Positions 15,271-24,133 of a stretch of DNA of 27,672 nucleotides are shown piece after piece. The number at the start of each line of letters is the position of its first letter. Positions within the stretch are counted from its first letter, which is position 1. The position numbers and the translations under genes were made by a program. The stretch spans positions 1 to 27,672 of IMG/VR virus record IMGVR_UViG_3300010359_000012. One strand, given 5' to 3'. The stretch comes from a virus (taxonomy: Duplodnaviria > Caudoviricetes). The notes under the pieces are model-generated. The model searched no databases. It was not told the DNA's origin and saw only the letters and a program-made list of their open reading frames with translations.

Positions 15271-16899
15271 TTACGCTCCGAACAGTGTACGCTCTTCTGC
15301 ACCGACGTGTACTCGCTCGATCGTAAAGTCGGGCGAGTAACTTTCGAGATCAATGGCGGCCGCGATACCTCCGCCTTCTAGTGGCTGTGGTTGCATGTCG
15401 TAGCGCTTACCGGGCGCGAGCTGGAAGCCGATGTCCTGTACCCCGGCCGGGACATTGCCGGCGCCCGTGCGCACGACGCCCGTGATGGCCACGCCCTGCC
15501 CGCTGTTGTCGTAGACCTCGAGGAACAGGCGCTTGAAGTTCTTGATGACCAGCCGCGCCATGCCGCTTCCGCGCAGATACTTTGTCGACAGCCGCTTGAT
15601 CAGTTGCGGATCCGGTTGCGCGAAGAGCTGGTAGAGGTTCGTGCCGTCTGTTCCATAAGGCGTGATAATGGAATCCTGCTCGTAGTGTCCGATGTGCGTC
15701 AGCTCGAGGCCCTGTGAGGCGACGGACCAGAACTGTTTGCCCTGCACCGGGTGCCACATCAGCAGCAGCGAGCGCGTGCGGCCCCACGGATCGGTGAAGC
15801 GGCCGTTGCAGAGCACGACCTTGAAGCTGAACATCGTCGCGGTGCACATCGTCGGCAGGTACTGCGAGCTGTCGAGCGTGTTGTAGATCTCGGTGACCTT
15901 GTTGCCGATCTCCTGTGCCTCACCGCCGGTCATCAGGAAGATGCCGGCGCCGTTCCACATCGTGAAGTATCGGCCGATGCGGCCGACCGGGCGCGGGAAT
16001 CTCTGGCCGGTCTGCGGGTCGATGTTCGCGTAATTGAAATTCGTCGTGAACGGCGATTCTGGGCTGCCCTGGCCGGTGAGTTGGATGTTGCTGATGACGT
16101 CCGTGCTCGAATCGCCGAAGCAGAAGAGGTATCCGGCGCTCGCCGCGAGATCCATGTAGCTGTACGTCAGCTTGTTGCCGAAATAGCCGAAGCTGCCGCC
16201 GCCCGATGCGGTCGAGAAATCGGCGCCGTTCGACGGCGCCGAAAACGAGATCACGTCCTTGCCGGCGACGAACAGGCGGGATTGGTATACCTCCATGCAA
16301 TAGATTCCTGGCAGACCGACCGGCATCGGCGGGACCGGCGCGGCCGGATCCGTCTCTGCCAGGTCGGTCAGCCAGTCCGGTGCCGGATCACCGGGACGAG
16401 AGAGTGTGGTCCCTGACCACGCGTACAGTCCCTTCGGCGAGCCGAACAGCACACCGCCCGACTGGCCGGCCACGGAGCCGAAGAAACGCGGCCGCCAGAC
16501 TACCGCCGAGGCCCAATACTGCGGAGCGATCGGGGTCCAGATATCACCGATATCGACCGGGGGGTCGTGGTTGTCGAGGTCGACCTGTACGACGTGACCG
16601 TTGGAGAGGAACATCCATCCCAGACGGCCGCCGAACTGCGGGCCAGGTGCGGCAAACTGCGGTGTCGGGTGTCCGATGAACCCGAAGAACATACGCAAAA
16701 TCTGCGTTCCGGCGGGTGCGGTGTAGAGTGCTGGGCCATGTCCCCAACACGAACGGAGGTTGCCGGGACCAACCGCGAAGAAGTTTTCATTCCACCACTC
16801 CTCCTGATCGTCGATCGTCCCTCTGCGCGCCTGTTGGTTCAGTCCCTTCCACTCCTCCAGCGTGGTGAACTCTGGCGCGTTTGCAGACTGAATCGGCAT
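15271..16899 (-). CDS. Tail nozzle / DNA stabilization protein (P22 gp10 / T7 gp12-like)
   Basis: 542 aa, beta-propeller-like (YQSRLFVAGKDVISFS, GYLFCFG), N-terminal WKGLN; downstream of the adaptor. Confidence 0.7.
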   Translation of the reverse strand: MPIQSANAPEFTTLEEWKGLNQQARRGTIDDQEEWWNENFFAVGPGNLRSCWGHGPALYTAPAGTQILRMFFGFIGHPTPQFAAPGPQFGGRLGWMFLSNGHVVQVDLDNHDPPVDIGDIWTPIAPQYWASAVVWRPRFFGSVAGQSGGVLFGSPKGLYAWSGTTLSRPGDPAPDWLTDLAETDPAAPVPPMPVGLPGIYCMEVYQSRLFVAGKDVISFSAPSNGADFSTASGGGSFGYFGNKLTYSYMDLAASAGYLFCFGDSSTDVISNIQLTGQGSPESPFTTNFNYANIDPQTGQRFPRPVGRIGRYFTMWNGAGIFLMTGGEAQEIGNKVTEIYNTLDSSQYLPTMCTATMFSFKVVLCNGRFTDPWGRTRSLLLMWHPVQGKQFWSVASQGLELTHIGHYEQDSIITPYGTDGTNLYQLFAQPDPQLIKRLSTKYLRGSGMARLVIKNFKRLFLEVYDNSGQGVAITGVVRTGAGNVPAGVQDIGFQLAPGKRYDMQPQPLEGGGIAAAIDLESYSPDFTIERVHVGAEERTLFGA

Positions 16900-16904
16900 G
16901 TCCG

Positions 16905-16957
16905 TGCTATCCTGGCGGTGCGCCGACGGGGTGCATCCCGCCGACGCACCTGACCAC
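16905..16957 (+). promoter_or_regulatory. Extended -10 plus hairpin-CCTGACCAC leader of the antisense inserted gene
   Basis: TGcTATCCT (16905-13), inverted repeat 16917-16950, CCTGACCAC 16949-57. Confidence 0.45.
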
Positions 16958-16979
16958 TGATCTAATGGAGCGTAGAGCA

Positions 16980-17192
16980 ATGGCCGAAGAAGACGCTACC
17001 ACGGTTGCCGATCCTCTCATGCGTAACCTCGACATCCGTGAGAAGCTTGCACACATCGATCAGATGCTGGCCGACCACGATCGCAAGCGGCAGGAGATAA
17101 CGTTCGCGCCGTGGCAGATCGCCGTAACCACCATCGGTGGCGCCGCTGCTCTTTTTGCCGCTGGTGCTGCATTCGTAAAACTCTTCGGTTAG
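16980..17192 (+). CDS. Moron-like small membrane protein (70 aa; coiled coil plus C-terminal TM helix)
   Basis: GGAG RBS; only plus-strand gene inside the late operon; fills the gap between adaptor and nozzle. Confidence 0.7.
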   Translation: MAEEDATTVADPLMRNLDIREKLAHIDQMLADHDRKRQEITFAPWQIAVTTIGGAAALFAAGAAFVKLFG

Positions 17193-17881
17193 GCACTGCG
17201 TATCGTTGCGCCGTATGCCGTCTGAATCATCTGCGGGCACACCACGGCCGCACACATCGGCAAATCGGAATTGAAGAGCTGGGACATAGCAGCTGCATCC
17301 TCGCGCCGCTGTTGCTGCATCAAGCACAACACCGCTGCCCAGTAGCTCACCGCATCGCTCCACGGGTACGGGATCGGCTCCGGATCGTTATCCGTGAGCA
17401 GCGGCGCCGGCACGCAGGTGAGATCGACATCGAACGGCATGATCTGCGAGGGGATCGGTGCGAGATAGATCGAGCCCATGGGGCCGGCGCCGAATTGCGC
17501 CCACCATCCCGGCTCGCTCAGCACGCCGTAGAACGTGCCGTTGTAGATCCTGAAGCGGGCCTGGAAATCGGTCCATATCAAGCGGCGCCACATCGGCTTC
17601 CAGCCACCCTTGCCGATCGCCATGGCGAGCGAGCGGCAATGCAGCACGCTCTGTGCTCCCGGCATCTTCTCCTGCACGAACGATTGCCAGTCGCTGAACG
17701 GGTAGACCTCCTTGCCGCGCTCGGTCTTCGTGTCGCTGACCAAAACGCGGATGCAGCCGCTCGCCCCCGCGACGCGCCGCCGCGCACGGTTGATGTAGTT
17801 CGTCAACGTTGGGATCGAGAAGAACTGACCCTGTGCATCGTTCAGCAGATTTTGCGTTTCGGTGATGTAGGTCGCCAGCAC
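17189..17881 (-). CDS. Head-tail adaptor / tail tubular protein A-like
   Basis: L..YIN.A.RR.A, IYLAPIP, DAVSYWAA motifs; lies between capsid and nozzle. Confidence 0.72.
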   Translation of the reverse strand: MLATYITETQNLLNDAQGQFFSIPTLTNYINRARRRVAGASGCIRVLVSDTKTERGKEVYPFSDWQSFVQEKMPGAQSVLHCRSLAMAIGKGGWKPMWRRLIWTDFQARFRIYNGTFYGVLSEPGWWAQFGAGPMGSIYLAPIPSQIMPFDVDLTCVPAPLLTDNDPEPIPYPWSDAVSYWAAVLCLMQQQRREDAAAMSQLFNSDLPMCAAVVCPQMIQTAYGATIRSA

Positions 17882-17883
17882 GC

Positions 17884-18315
17884 CTACCTCCGACGACGCC
17901 GTCGTGTGGTCGAAGGCGGATCGCCCTCCGGTGCCACGGACTCCTCCAACGATGACGATGCGACCTCGGGGGGCGGCGGCAACCCCCAGCCGCCGATGAA
18001 AATATTCTGCGTTGTCGGTGTTTGCGGCGGCCGCATGTCGCCGATCATCATCTGATTGACGAACACGATCGGTGGCACCGGAAACGTCGTGGTGAAGGCG
18101 GGGAACTCGCCCGGATTGTCACCGCCGATGGTCGGGGTGTCGTACTCGGGCCCGCCGCCGGGTGCGACTACAGGACCGACTAGGACGCCGACCGGAACCT
18201 TGCCGGCGGGCGGCGGGGTTGGTGGCGGGAAAGTCGGGGCCGGGCCTCCCCCTTGGCCGATCAGCGGCGGGGGCAGGATCGGCGTAAAGGCGGGGAAGAG
18301 GGATTCACCAGCCAC
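17884..18315 (-). CDS. Pro-rich protein with C-terminal hexa-Arg
   Basis: FPAFT repeated twice, ends TTRRRRRR; fills the operon gap. Confidence 0.6.
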   Translation of the reverse strand: MAGESLFPAFTPILPPPLIGQGGGPAPTFPPPTPPPAGKVPVGVLVGPVVAPGGGPEYDTPTIGGDNPGEFPAFTTTFPVPPIVFVNQMMIGDMRPPQTPTTQNIFIGGWGLPPPPEVASSSLEESVAPEGDPPSTTRRRRRR

Positions 18316-18637
18316 GACACCAGCACCGCGGTGGAGGAGGAGGACACGGTGGTCGCGGACGGGGATCGGAGCCGGTGATCAGCCCCGTGCCCGGCGCGCG
18401 GGTCTCGCTCTCGAACCGCCACGGGAGGCGCGGGAATGGCCAGCGACCGGTGAGCCATGGCGAGCCCGGCTGCGGGAGTCGGGCGTACGGCGGGTCGAGC
18501 AGGTGCGACCCCGGCATGACGTAGTGCGGCGGGCGCGGCGGCAGCGCGATCGCGCGCGGCGGCGCCGTACAGGGTGGCGGCCGGGGCGGTGAGACGCGAA
18601 CCGGGCGGGGCGGACGTCCGGGCGGTGGGAACATCAT
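18305..18637 (-). CDS. Pro/Arg-rich protein (110 aa)
   Basis: GAGG RBS right after the capsid stop; MMFPPPGRPPRPVRVSPPRPPP... Confidence 0.55.
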   Translation of the reverse strand: MMFPPPGRPPRPVRVSPPRPPPCTAPPRAIALPPRPPHYVMPGSHLLDPPYARLPQPGSPWLTGRWPFPRLPWRFESETRAPGTGLITGSDPRPRPPCPPPPPRCWCRGW

Positions 18638-18641
18638 GACC

Positions 18642-19697
18642 TCATGGTGGTGTCGGTGGCGGCGGTGGCAGCGGCGGTGGCCCAGGCGGGAAGTTGGCGG
18701 CGCCGCCCGTGATCCCCTCAATGATGATGCCGGTGGAAGGTTTCGAGCACACGAGGTTGAGCGCCGTGAGCGACAAGCCCACGCTGGCGATCTGTCCCTG
18801 CGGAATCGTCGAGTACCACCCGGTCCACGCGAAATTGGCATCCTCGTGGATCACCAGGGTGATGTACTTCGAATTGAAGCCGTATGCGGTGCCGACCGGG
18901 CAATTGAGATCGAAGAAGATCGGCGTGTCGCCGAGGAGCAAACCACGGAAACCGGAATTCACCGGATCGTCCTTGCCCCAGCGCGAGCTTGGGTCGTTGT
19001 TGTAGCGCTCGACGGTCATGAAGTCGGTCAGCAGCGTTGTCCAATCCTCCAAAGAACAGACGACAAAATCGAGTGCCTCACCTCCGGAGTTCTTCACCGC
19101 ACGCAGCAGCATCGGGATGAATGTCGCGCGCGTGAGAATGCCGCCGGCCGCCGCGATGCGGAGGCCGCGCCAGGTCGGATACGTTGCGCGATCGAGACCG
19201 CCGTAGATGCCGCTGTTGCCATACGCATCCTGCAGGCTGAACATCTGCAGCACGTCGGTGACCGGCGGTCCGAACAAGGCGTTTGCCAACGCGTTGAGCG
19301 CAGAGTTCTTCAGATCGTTGAGCTTCAGCATGAGGCGCGACGCAACGGCGATTGCATCCTGCGTTACGAGCTGCTCGAGGCCGAGCGAATTAACCGGCGT
19401 CGCCAGCGCGCACATATTGAATTCTGCATTGAGAGTCGCGGCGACATCTGTAGGCAAATTGAACTGTCCTGCCGGCCCGATCCAGCTCGACGCAACGTAC
19501 TGGCCTGTCTGCACCGGCTGCGTATATGGCGACACACCGCCCGATGCGCGGATGGCATTTCTGAGCAGAAGCGCCAGCAACGGGTTCTGTCGATACAAAA
19601 GAACAACAACCATCTGCGCGAACACGCGACGGATGGTTGCTTGCAGCTCCAATCCCGTGGGGCCGGACGGGATGATGCCTGCGCCCAATATCGGCAT
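18642..19697 (-). CDS. Major capsid protein (HK97 fold inferred)
   Basis: 351 aa after scaffold; GIYGGLDRATYPTW, GFRGLLLGDTPIFFDLNCP.G..Y.FNSKY, LVCSKP; poly-Pro C-tail. Confidence 0.85.
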   Translation of the reverse strand: MPILGAGIIPSGPTGLELQATIRRVFAQMVVVLLYRQNPLLALLLRNAIRASGGVSPYTQPVQTGQYVASSWIGPAGQFNLPTDVAATLNAEFNMCALATPVNSLGLEQLVTQDAIAVASRLMLKLNDLKNSALNALANALFGPPVTDVLQMFSLQDAYGNSGIYGGLDRATYPTWRGLRIAAAGGILTRATFIPMLLRAVKNSGGEALDFVVCSLEDWTTLLTDFMTVERYNNDPSSRWGKDDPVNSGFRGLLLGDTPIFFDLNCPVGTAYGFNSKYITLVIHEDANFAWTGWYSTIPQGQIASVGLSLTALNLVCSKPSTGIIIEGITGGAANFPPGPPPLPPPPPTPP

Positions 19698-19700
19698 GGC

Positions 19701-20243
19701 TTACCTCTGTTCTCTCTCTCGCCGCTCGTCGTTGCGGATGGCTTGAAGGATCTGCGTGCGCGCCCAGCCTTCGGGATCCTTGGCAACCTCGGCGAAGCCT
19801 TCCTGTTGGCGGTGGTTCCAGAAGTGATCGCCGCCGTAGGTCGCGTCGGATGGTTTCGGCTGCTTGCTCGCCTTGTAGCTCGCAGCCACCTCGTAGGAGC
19901 CGACGTTGTTCTTCACCATGAACTCCTCGAGTTCTTTCATGCCGTCGTCGGTGAACCCGTACTGCTGCTGGATCTCAGCGCGCTCCTTCTTCCAGGCCTC
20001 ATCCTCGGCCGCCTGCTTGGTCGCGGCCTCGGCGTCCTCTCGCGCTTTTTTCTCCGCGTTGAATCGCGCGTCGACTTCATCGCGGATGTCGAGTTCCGGG
20101 ATCTCGAGGTTGGGGTACTTGCGCTTCGCCAGGCGCTTGGCTTCCTTGCTCAGCGCGGGATCGTTCCAGATCGACTCGGCAAACGCGGCGGTGTGTGAAG
20201 CCACCATCAGCTTGTTGTATTCCTCATCGGAGATGGTGGCCAT
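19701..20243 (-). CDS. Putative capsid scaffolding protein
   Basis: Charged helical/coiled-coil 180 aa directly upstream of the capsid gene; TGATG coupling. Confidence 0.65.
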   Translation of the reverse strand: MATISDEEYNKLMVASHTAAFAESIWNDPALSKEAKRLAKRKYPNLEIPELDIRDEVDARFNAEKKAREDAEAATKQAAEDEAWKKERAEIQQQYGFTDDGMKELEEFMVKNNVGSYEVAASYKASKQPKPSDATYGGDHFWNHRQQEGFAEVAKDPEGWARTQILQAIRNDERREREQR

Positions 20244-20458
20244 CAGTGACCTCCGTCGAACATCCGCGCGAATGCCCGCGCCGCCGCGCTCGGATCTTTC
20301 ATCGCGCAGTCGAAGCAGACGTTCTCGTGATTGGGTCCGTAGGGCCGCAGCTCGTCGTGCTTGCCGCAGAACGCACACACGCCGTCGAACGCATGGGGAT
20401 CGCGGCGGTCCATGATCACCATGTTGCCGCGTCGTTTGAACAGCTTGGCTTTCGTCAT
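20243..20458 (-). CDS. Small zinc-finger protein
   Basis: CAFC...VCFDC. Confidence 0.7.
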   Translation of the reverse strand: MTKAKLFKRRGNMVIMDRRDPHAFDGVCAFCGKHDELRPYGPNHENVCFDCAMKDPSAAARAFARMFDGGH

Positions 20459-20459
20459 G

Positions 20460-20645
20460 TCAGTTGTTGTTGTTCTTGCCGACGATCGCCGGCTGGAGCG
20501 GCACGCCGCCCTCGGGCTTCGGCACGATCGCGGGGATCGCCCCCCACTCGGAGACCTCGCTCTGCGTATCCACCTGCAGGATCGTGCGCGGCGGTGTCTC
20601 GGGCGGGGCAGTAATTGGCGGATCGTAGCTACGGTTTTGACTCAT
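20460..20645 (-). CDS. Hypothetical protein (61 aa)
   Basis: Abuts both neighbours; Pro-rich. Confidence 0.6.
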   Translation of the reverse strand: MSQNRSYDPPITAPPETPPRTILQVDTQSEVSEWGAIPAIVPKPEGGVPLQPAIVGKNNNN

Positions 20646-20850
20646 GATATCAATGCCTTAGCTCTGTTGTTGCGAGATGCCCGACGGTTGGCATTGATGC
20701 GATCTTTGTTCGCATCGCGAGAGTAATTGAAGTTGTATCCCGTCTTTTCTCGCCATTCCTTTGCGCGCTTGGCTCGGCGACGCCATTTCCCTCTCCCCGG
20801 CTCAAAATCGGGAGAGTGTACCACCCACTTGCGCGGCGGAACGGCGCCAT
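20642..20850 (-). pseudogene. Probable degenerate inserted gene (two overlapping short frames; basic helix resembling HNH-endonuclease N-termini)
   Basis: RBS + ATG at 20850 opens a 66-aa frame, while the protein-like RAKEWREK...NKDRINANRRASR is in frame 20642-20824; locally more AT-rich. Confidence 0.35.
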
Positions 20851-20852
20851 GT

Positions 20853-20940
20853 GCTAAGCTCCCTTAGCGACTGGCTCTGCTCCGATCAGAGTTGGTGGTT
20901 AGGCGTTACGGGTGATTAGGCCATCACCCGTGGCGCCGTT
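20853..20940 (+). ncRNA. Three-hairpin structured element, folding favoured on the + (antisense) strand
   Basis: Stems 20853-68, 20870-96 and 20902-37; the latter two need several G-U pairs available only on the + strand. Confidence 0.4.
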
Positions 20941-20941
20941 T

Positions 20942-21448
20942 CTATGCCCCCGGCAGCGGTGTGGCCGGCATCGGGGCTTGCGTCATCATCTGCGGCATTG
21001 GTCCTGCTGGGCTGTCGTCACCCGCACCTTGCTGCGGCTGCTGGCCCTGCTGGCCGAGGATTTTCTGGAACATCGCGTTCTGCGTCACGCGCCTCAACAG
21101 GTCGCGCAGGTTCGTCTGCTGCACGCCAGCCGTCGGTGATCCCGCCGGCAGGTGTCGGCTCACGCGCGAGAGCGCATTGAGAGCGTCACGATGCAGTGGC
21201 GTGCCCGGCTGCAGGCCGGGAAGCGCCTGCTGAATCATTCCGATTGCCTGGAGCAGCATGTTCATGCTGTCAGCCATGTTGCCTGGACCCGGTGCCGAAA
21301 CCTGGGGCCCCTGCCGCTGGCGGGCTAGAGCAGCCAGAATAGGACCGCCGCCAGCGGCAGGAGGCCCACCGACGGTGCCTGGGCCAGCCGGTGATGGCTC
21401 GGTCGGTATACCAGGCGCGGCAGGGGGGTCTTGGTCGCCGATTGCCAT
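20942..21448 (-). CDS. Pro/Gly/Gln-rich head-associated hypothetical protein
   Basis: Between portal and scaffold; helical core LLQAIGMIQQALP. Confidence 0.7.
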   Translation of the reverse strand: MAIGDQDPPAAPGIPTEPSPAGPGTVGGPPAAGGGPILAALARQRQGPQVSAPGPGNMADSMNMLLQAIGMIQQALPGLQPGTPLHRDALNALSRVSRHLPAGSPTAGVQQTNLRDLLRRVTQNAMFQKILGQQGQQPQQGAGDDSPAGPMPQMMTQAPMPATPLPGA

Positions 21449-21509
21449 GGTCCAAAATCCTAAACCCAGAAGTGTCGCTTAGGCAAATCGCAGTTCCATT
21501 CTGTAGGAT

Positions 21510-23228
21510 TCACGACCGACCATCGCGCCGTCGCCGTCCTCCCCTACCGCCCCGCTGCGGTAACTGGATCACGTCGCGCACCAGCTCCTCCTGCTTCTCC
21601 TGTGCCGCTTGCTGCGCCTGTGCCTTCTGCCGCTGACGCAGTCTTGCCAGCAGAAGCTCGGCGCCGGGCGGATGGAGCATGTGGATGAGATCCTCGGCAT
21701 CGACGGCGCCAGCGCGGGCCAGTGCGATCGCGACCTGGCGGTTGTCCTCGGCAAACGCGGGCGAAGCGCTGTGGCTGTCGACTTGGACCTGCACATCGCC
21801 GGGAAGCTGCGAGAGCAGAAACTCCTGGCCCTTGTCGGTCGTGTAGATCGACGCATCCATGGCCTGCATGATGCGCAGCCCGAGGTAGCCGCAGTCTGCG
21901 AGCTGGCGCTCGATGCGCGCAGCCTGATCGATCAATCGGGGACTCGACGTCCTGACCAGGGTCTGCGCGTGAACGCCAGCTCGCACACCGGGCTCACCCT
22001 GCCCGGACATGATCGGCGAGAACCCCGAGGCCTCGTCGAACATCTGCCAAATCAGCTCCAGCTCTTCCTTGAACGTCTCGGGTGGCGGCTCGAGGAGGCG
22101 CTGCGCCTTGGCGTTGGGATTAGGGTCGTTGATGAAGCCGCCTTCGGAAATGATCTTGAAATACTGCTCCTCGGTCACCGACGAGAAGCCGCTCAACACC
22201 TGCGGCGCAGAGACGTTGCGGTCCCACATCACTTTGAGGTCGCGTAGTCGTTTGTTGAGGATGTCCTGCAGCATCTGCACGTCGGCGATGTGCGAACGGC
22301 CCCAGAAATAGCCGGGGGTCGGTTGCGCCTGGACCTTGATGAATGGAGCGCGGCCGGGCACGCGAGAGAGATTGCGTCGTGTGTTCTCACCCTCGACGAT
22401 GATGTCGGGGTAGATGAGCTGGAACGTCGAGTAGTCGTCGCGGTCTGCGTCCTTGAGCCAGAGTTCGCAGAACTTCACCGTCTCCTGAAAGCGGGTATTC
22501 GGCCGCCATGGCGTCGGCACCGGAAACACGTTGACGATGCCGCCGGCCTCGGGATTGACCGAGGTGGCATCGCCCAGCGGTTGCAGGCCGCCGACCACGA
22601 TCTGGTGGAAGTAGGTCGGCTGCTCGTCCTCCTTCTTGCCGGCCCGCGCCTCGAGGATTCTGTCCATGATCGTTTTGCGGCTGGGGTGACCGCTTTCCTC
22701 AAGCATCGAGCGCACGCGCGAGATCGTCGGATAGCTGACGTGGCAGAGACCCTCCTGCTCCTCCAGCGAGAGGATCGTCTCGCCGAGCACGCCGAAATTC
22801 TGCGGGTGAACCGGGGCGATCTTGAACGCCTCACCGTCAGGCCGCAGCTTGAGCAGCTGGCAGCCGTTGATCAGTGACCACACGACCGCCTCGGCGAACG
22901 TGATGTCACTGTCGGTCTGCTTGAAGTCGGCCGAGAGCTTCTCGCTGACGAGCTGGGCGCGCTCAAGCACGTCGTCGGGCTTGCCGCTGTCGAATATGCA
23001 CTGGAAGCGCACGTCGGTCGGCTGCATCAGGAAGCCGGCGAGCTTGTCGATGAACGCCTTCACCTTGTTGTAGATGGCCGCGCGGCTGTCCTGGGTGCCC
23101 TGATAGTAATATTGCGAGGCGCGCGTGTAGACCATGCCGCGCTCATTGGCGCTGCCCATGCACTCGTCGGTCGTTTCGGTCAGAAACTTCTGCAGCGAAA
23201 GCTTCTCTTTGGGGATCCGCAGCATCAC
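21510..23228 (-). CDS. Portal protein (P22-like)
   Basis: 572 aa after terminase; IYNKVKAFID, PGYFWGRS.I.DV..LQ..LN, EASGFSPIMSG; Arg-rich C-tail. Confidence 0.88.
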   Translation of the reverse strand: MMLRIPKEKLSLQKFLTETTDECMGSANERGMVYTRASQYYYQGTQDSRAAIYNKVKAFIDKLAGFLMQPTDVRFQCIFDSGKPDDVLERAQLVSEKLSADFKQTDSDITFAEAVVWSLINGCQLLKLRPDGEAFKIAPVHPQNFGVLGETILSLEEQEGLCHVSYPTISRVRSMLEESGHPSRKTIMDRILEARAGKKEDEQPTYFHQIVVGGLQPLGDATSVNPEAGGIVNVFPVPTPWRPNTRFQETVKFCELWLKDADRDDYSTFQLIYPDIIVEGENTRRNLSRVPGRAPFIKVQAQPTPGYFWGRSHIADVQMLQDILNKRLRDLKVMWDRNVSAPQVLSGFSSVTEEQYFKIISEGGFINDPNPNAKAQRLLEPPPETFKEELELIWQMFDEASGFSPIMSGQGEPGVRAGVHAQTLVRTSSPRLIDQAARIERQLADCGYLGLRIMQAMDASIYTTDKGQEFLLSQLPGDVQVQVDSHSASPAFAEDNRQVAIALARAGAVDAEDLIHMLHPPGAELLLARLRQRQKAQAQQAAQEKQEELVRDVIQLPQRGGRGGRRRRDGRS

Positions 23229-23689
23229 CAGACCTTGTGTGATCGCCGTTTGCTGATCTCGATGAGATCGGGCTCGGCGCCGCTCTTGAGATTCGCCTGC
23301 AACACATCGAGGCCATCACCGTATCGCTGGCGCACCTGGCGGCCGAGCGCCATCGCGTGCTGCATGGCCTGCGGCGTGATCGCGCTTCCGTCAGCCGCCT
23401 TGCCCCAGCTCGACGGGTTGCTGTCTCGGTAGCGGACGTTGGGCGTGGCGTCGTGCCGATCGCGCTGCATGTCAGCGACGTGATAGTCGTTGGCCGCGAT
23501 GTCCTCGGCGAGCGTGGTAGCACGCGCCCGTGGCGAGCCGACGATCCTCGGCGGGACAAACTCCTGGCGCATCGCGGCCGCCGCACACTCTGGGCACTCT
23601 GGCGGGGGCGCCTCCCAGTCCTCGGCGGAGAGCATCACCTCAAGAAAGTGATTGCACTCACTGCATGCGTACGTCCTGACGATCGGCAT
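23225..23689 (-). CDS. FmdB-like zinc-ribbon protein
   Basis: MP..TY.CSECNH.LE...ECPEC. Confidence 0.75.
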   Translation of the reverse strand: MPIVRTYACSECNHFLEVMLSAEDWEAPPPECPECAAAAMRQEFVPPRIVGSPRARATTLAEDIAANDYHVADMQRDRHDATPNVRYRDSNPSSWGKAADGSAITPQAMQHAMALGRQVRQRYGDGLDVLQANLKSGAEPDLIEISKRRSHKVW

Positions 23690-23945
23690 CCTTGCACCCC
23701 ATGATCAGCACGCGCGGATCGTCCACCCGGCCGGCGGCGGTGATCGCACAGCTTTTCCCGCAGGTATGGCAGAGCACGATCCACAGACCGCAACGCGGCG
23801 CCGGATAGGGCAAGCCGACGTTGCAGTGGCGGTCCTCCTCGGCGCAGTCCACGACGACCATGCCTTCGGGATATTTGGGATCCGGCGGGCATCGCGGCTC
23901 GCGGCCGCGATCGACGAAGTAGACGTCCATGTCGGGCTCGGCCAT
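23658..23945 (-). CDS. Cys-rich hypothetical protein (95 aa)
   Basis: TGATG-coupled start; C...C...CHTC. Confidence 0.65.
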   Translation of the reverse strand: MAEPDMDVYFVDRGREPRCPPDPKYPEGMVVVDCAEEDRHCNVGLPYPAPRCGLWIVLCHTCGKSCAITAAGRVDDPRVLIMGCKDADRQDVRMQ

Positions 23946-24133
23946 CAGTAATTCCCTCTCACATAGGCGTTCCAGTAGGCGCCGATCGAATCGGCGGTGA
24001 CGAAGCGGTGGTATTCGATCGCTGGAAAGTTCTGGAGCTGGTAGCTGCGGCCATCGGTGAACGTGATGCTGAGCACCTCCTCCTCCTCGTCGTAGTCGAG
24101 GCGCGCGATCGCGCTGCTCGAGACCGAGACCAT
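23945..24133 (-). CDS. KTSC domain protein
   Basis: VSSSAIARLDYD....L.ITF.DG..Y....P...Y..F..A.SIG.YWN..VR.NY; TGATG-coupled to terminase. Confidence 0.9.
   Translation of the reverse strand: MVSVSSSAIARLDYDEEEEVLSITFTDGRSYQLQNFPAIEYHRFVTADSIGAYWNAYVRGNY

Noticed and set aside
18305-18841. Programmed frameshift giving an extended capsid (T7 10B-like)
   Set aside because: The overlapping frame is open but no convincing slippery site was seen, and the downstream ORF has its own RBS and ATG.
18636-20198. 520-aa plus-strand ORF
   Set aside because: Antisense to capsid and scaffold, with no recognisable domain. Its Arg richness is a GC frame artefact, unlike the RBS-bearing coupled peptides at 14139-15232.
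21449-21509. Imperfect inverted repeat (AATCCTA...TAGGATT) after the portal gene
   Set aside because: Weak interrupted stem with no U-tract; not enough to call a terminator or ncRNA.
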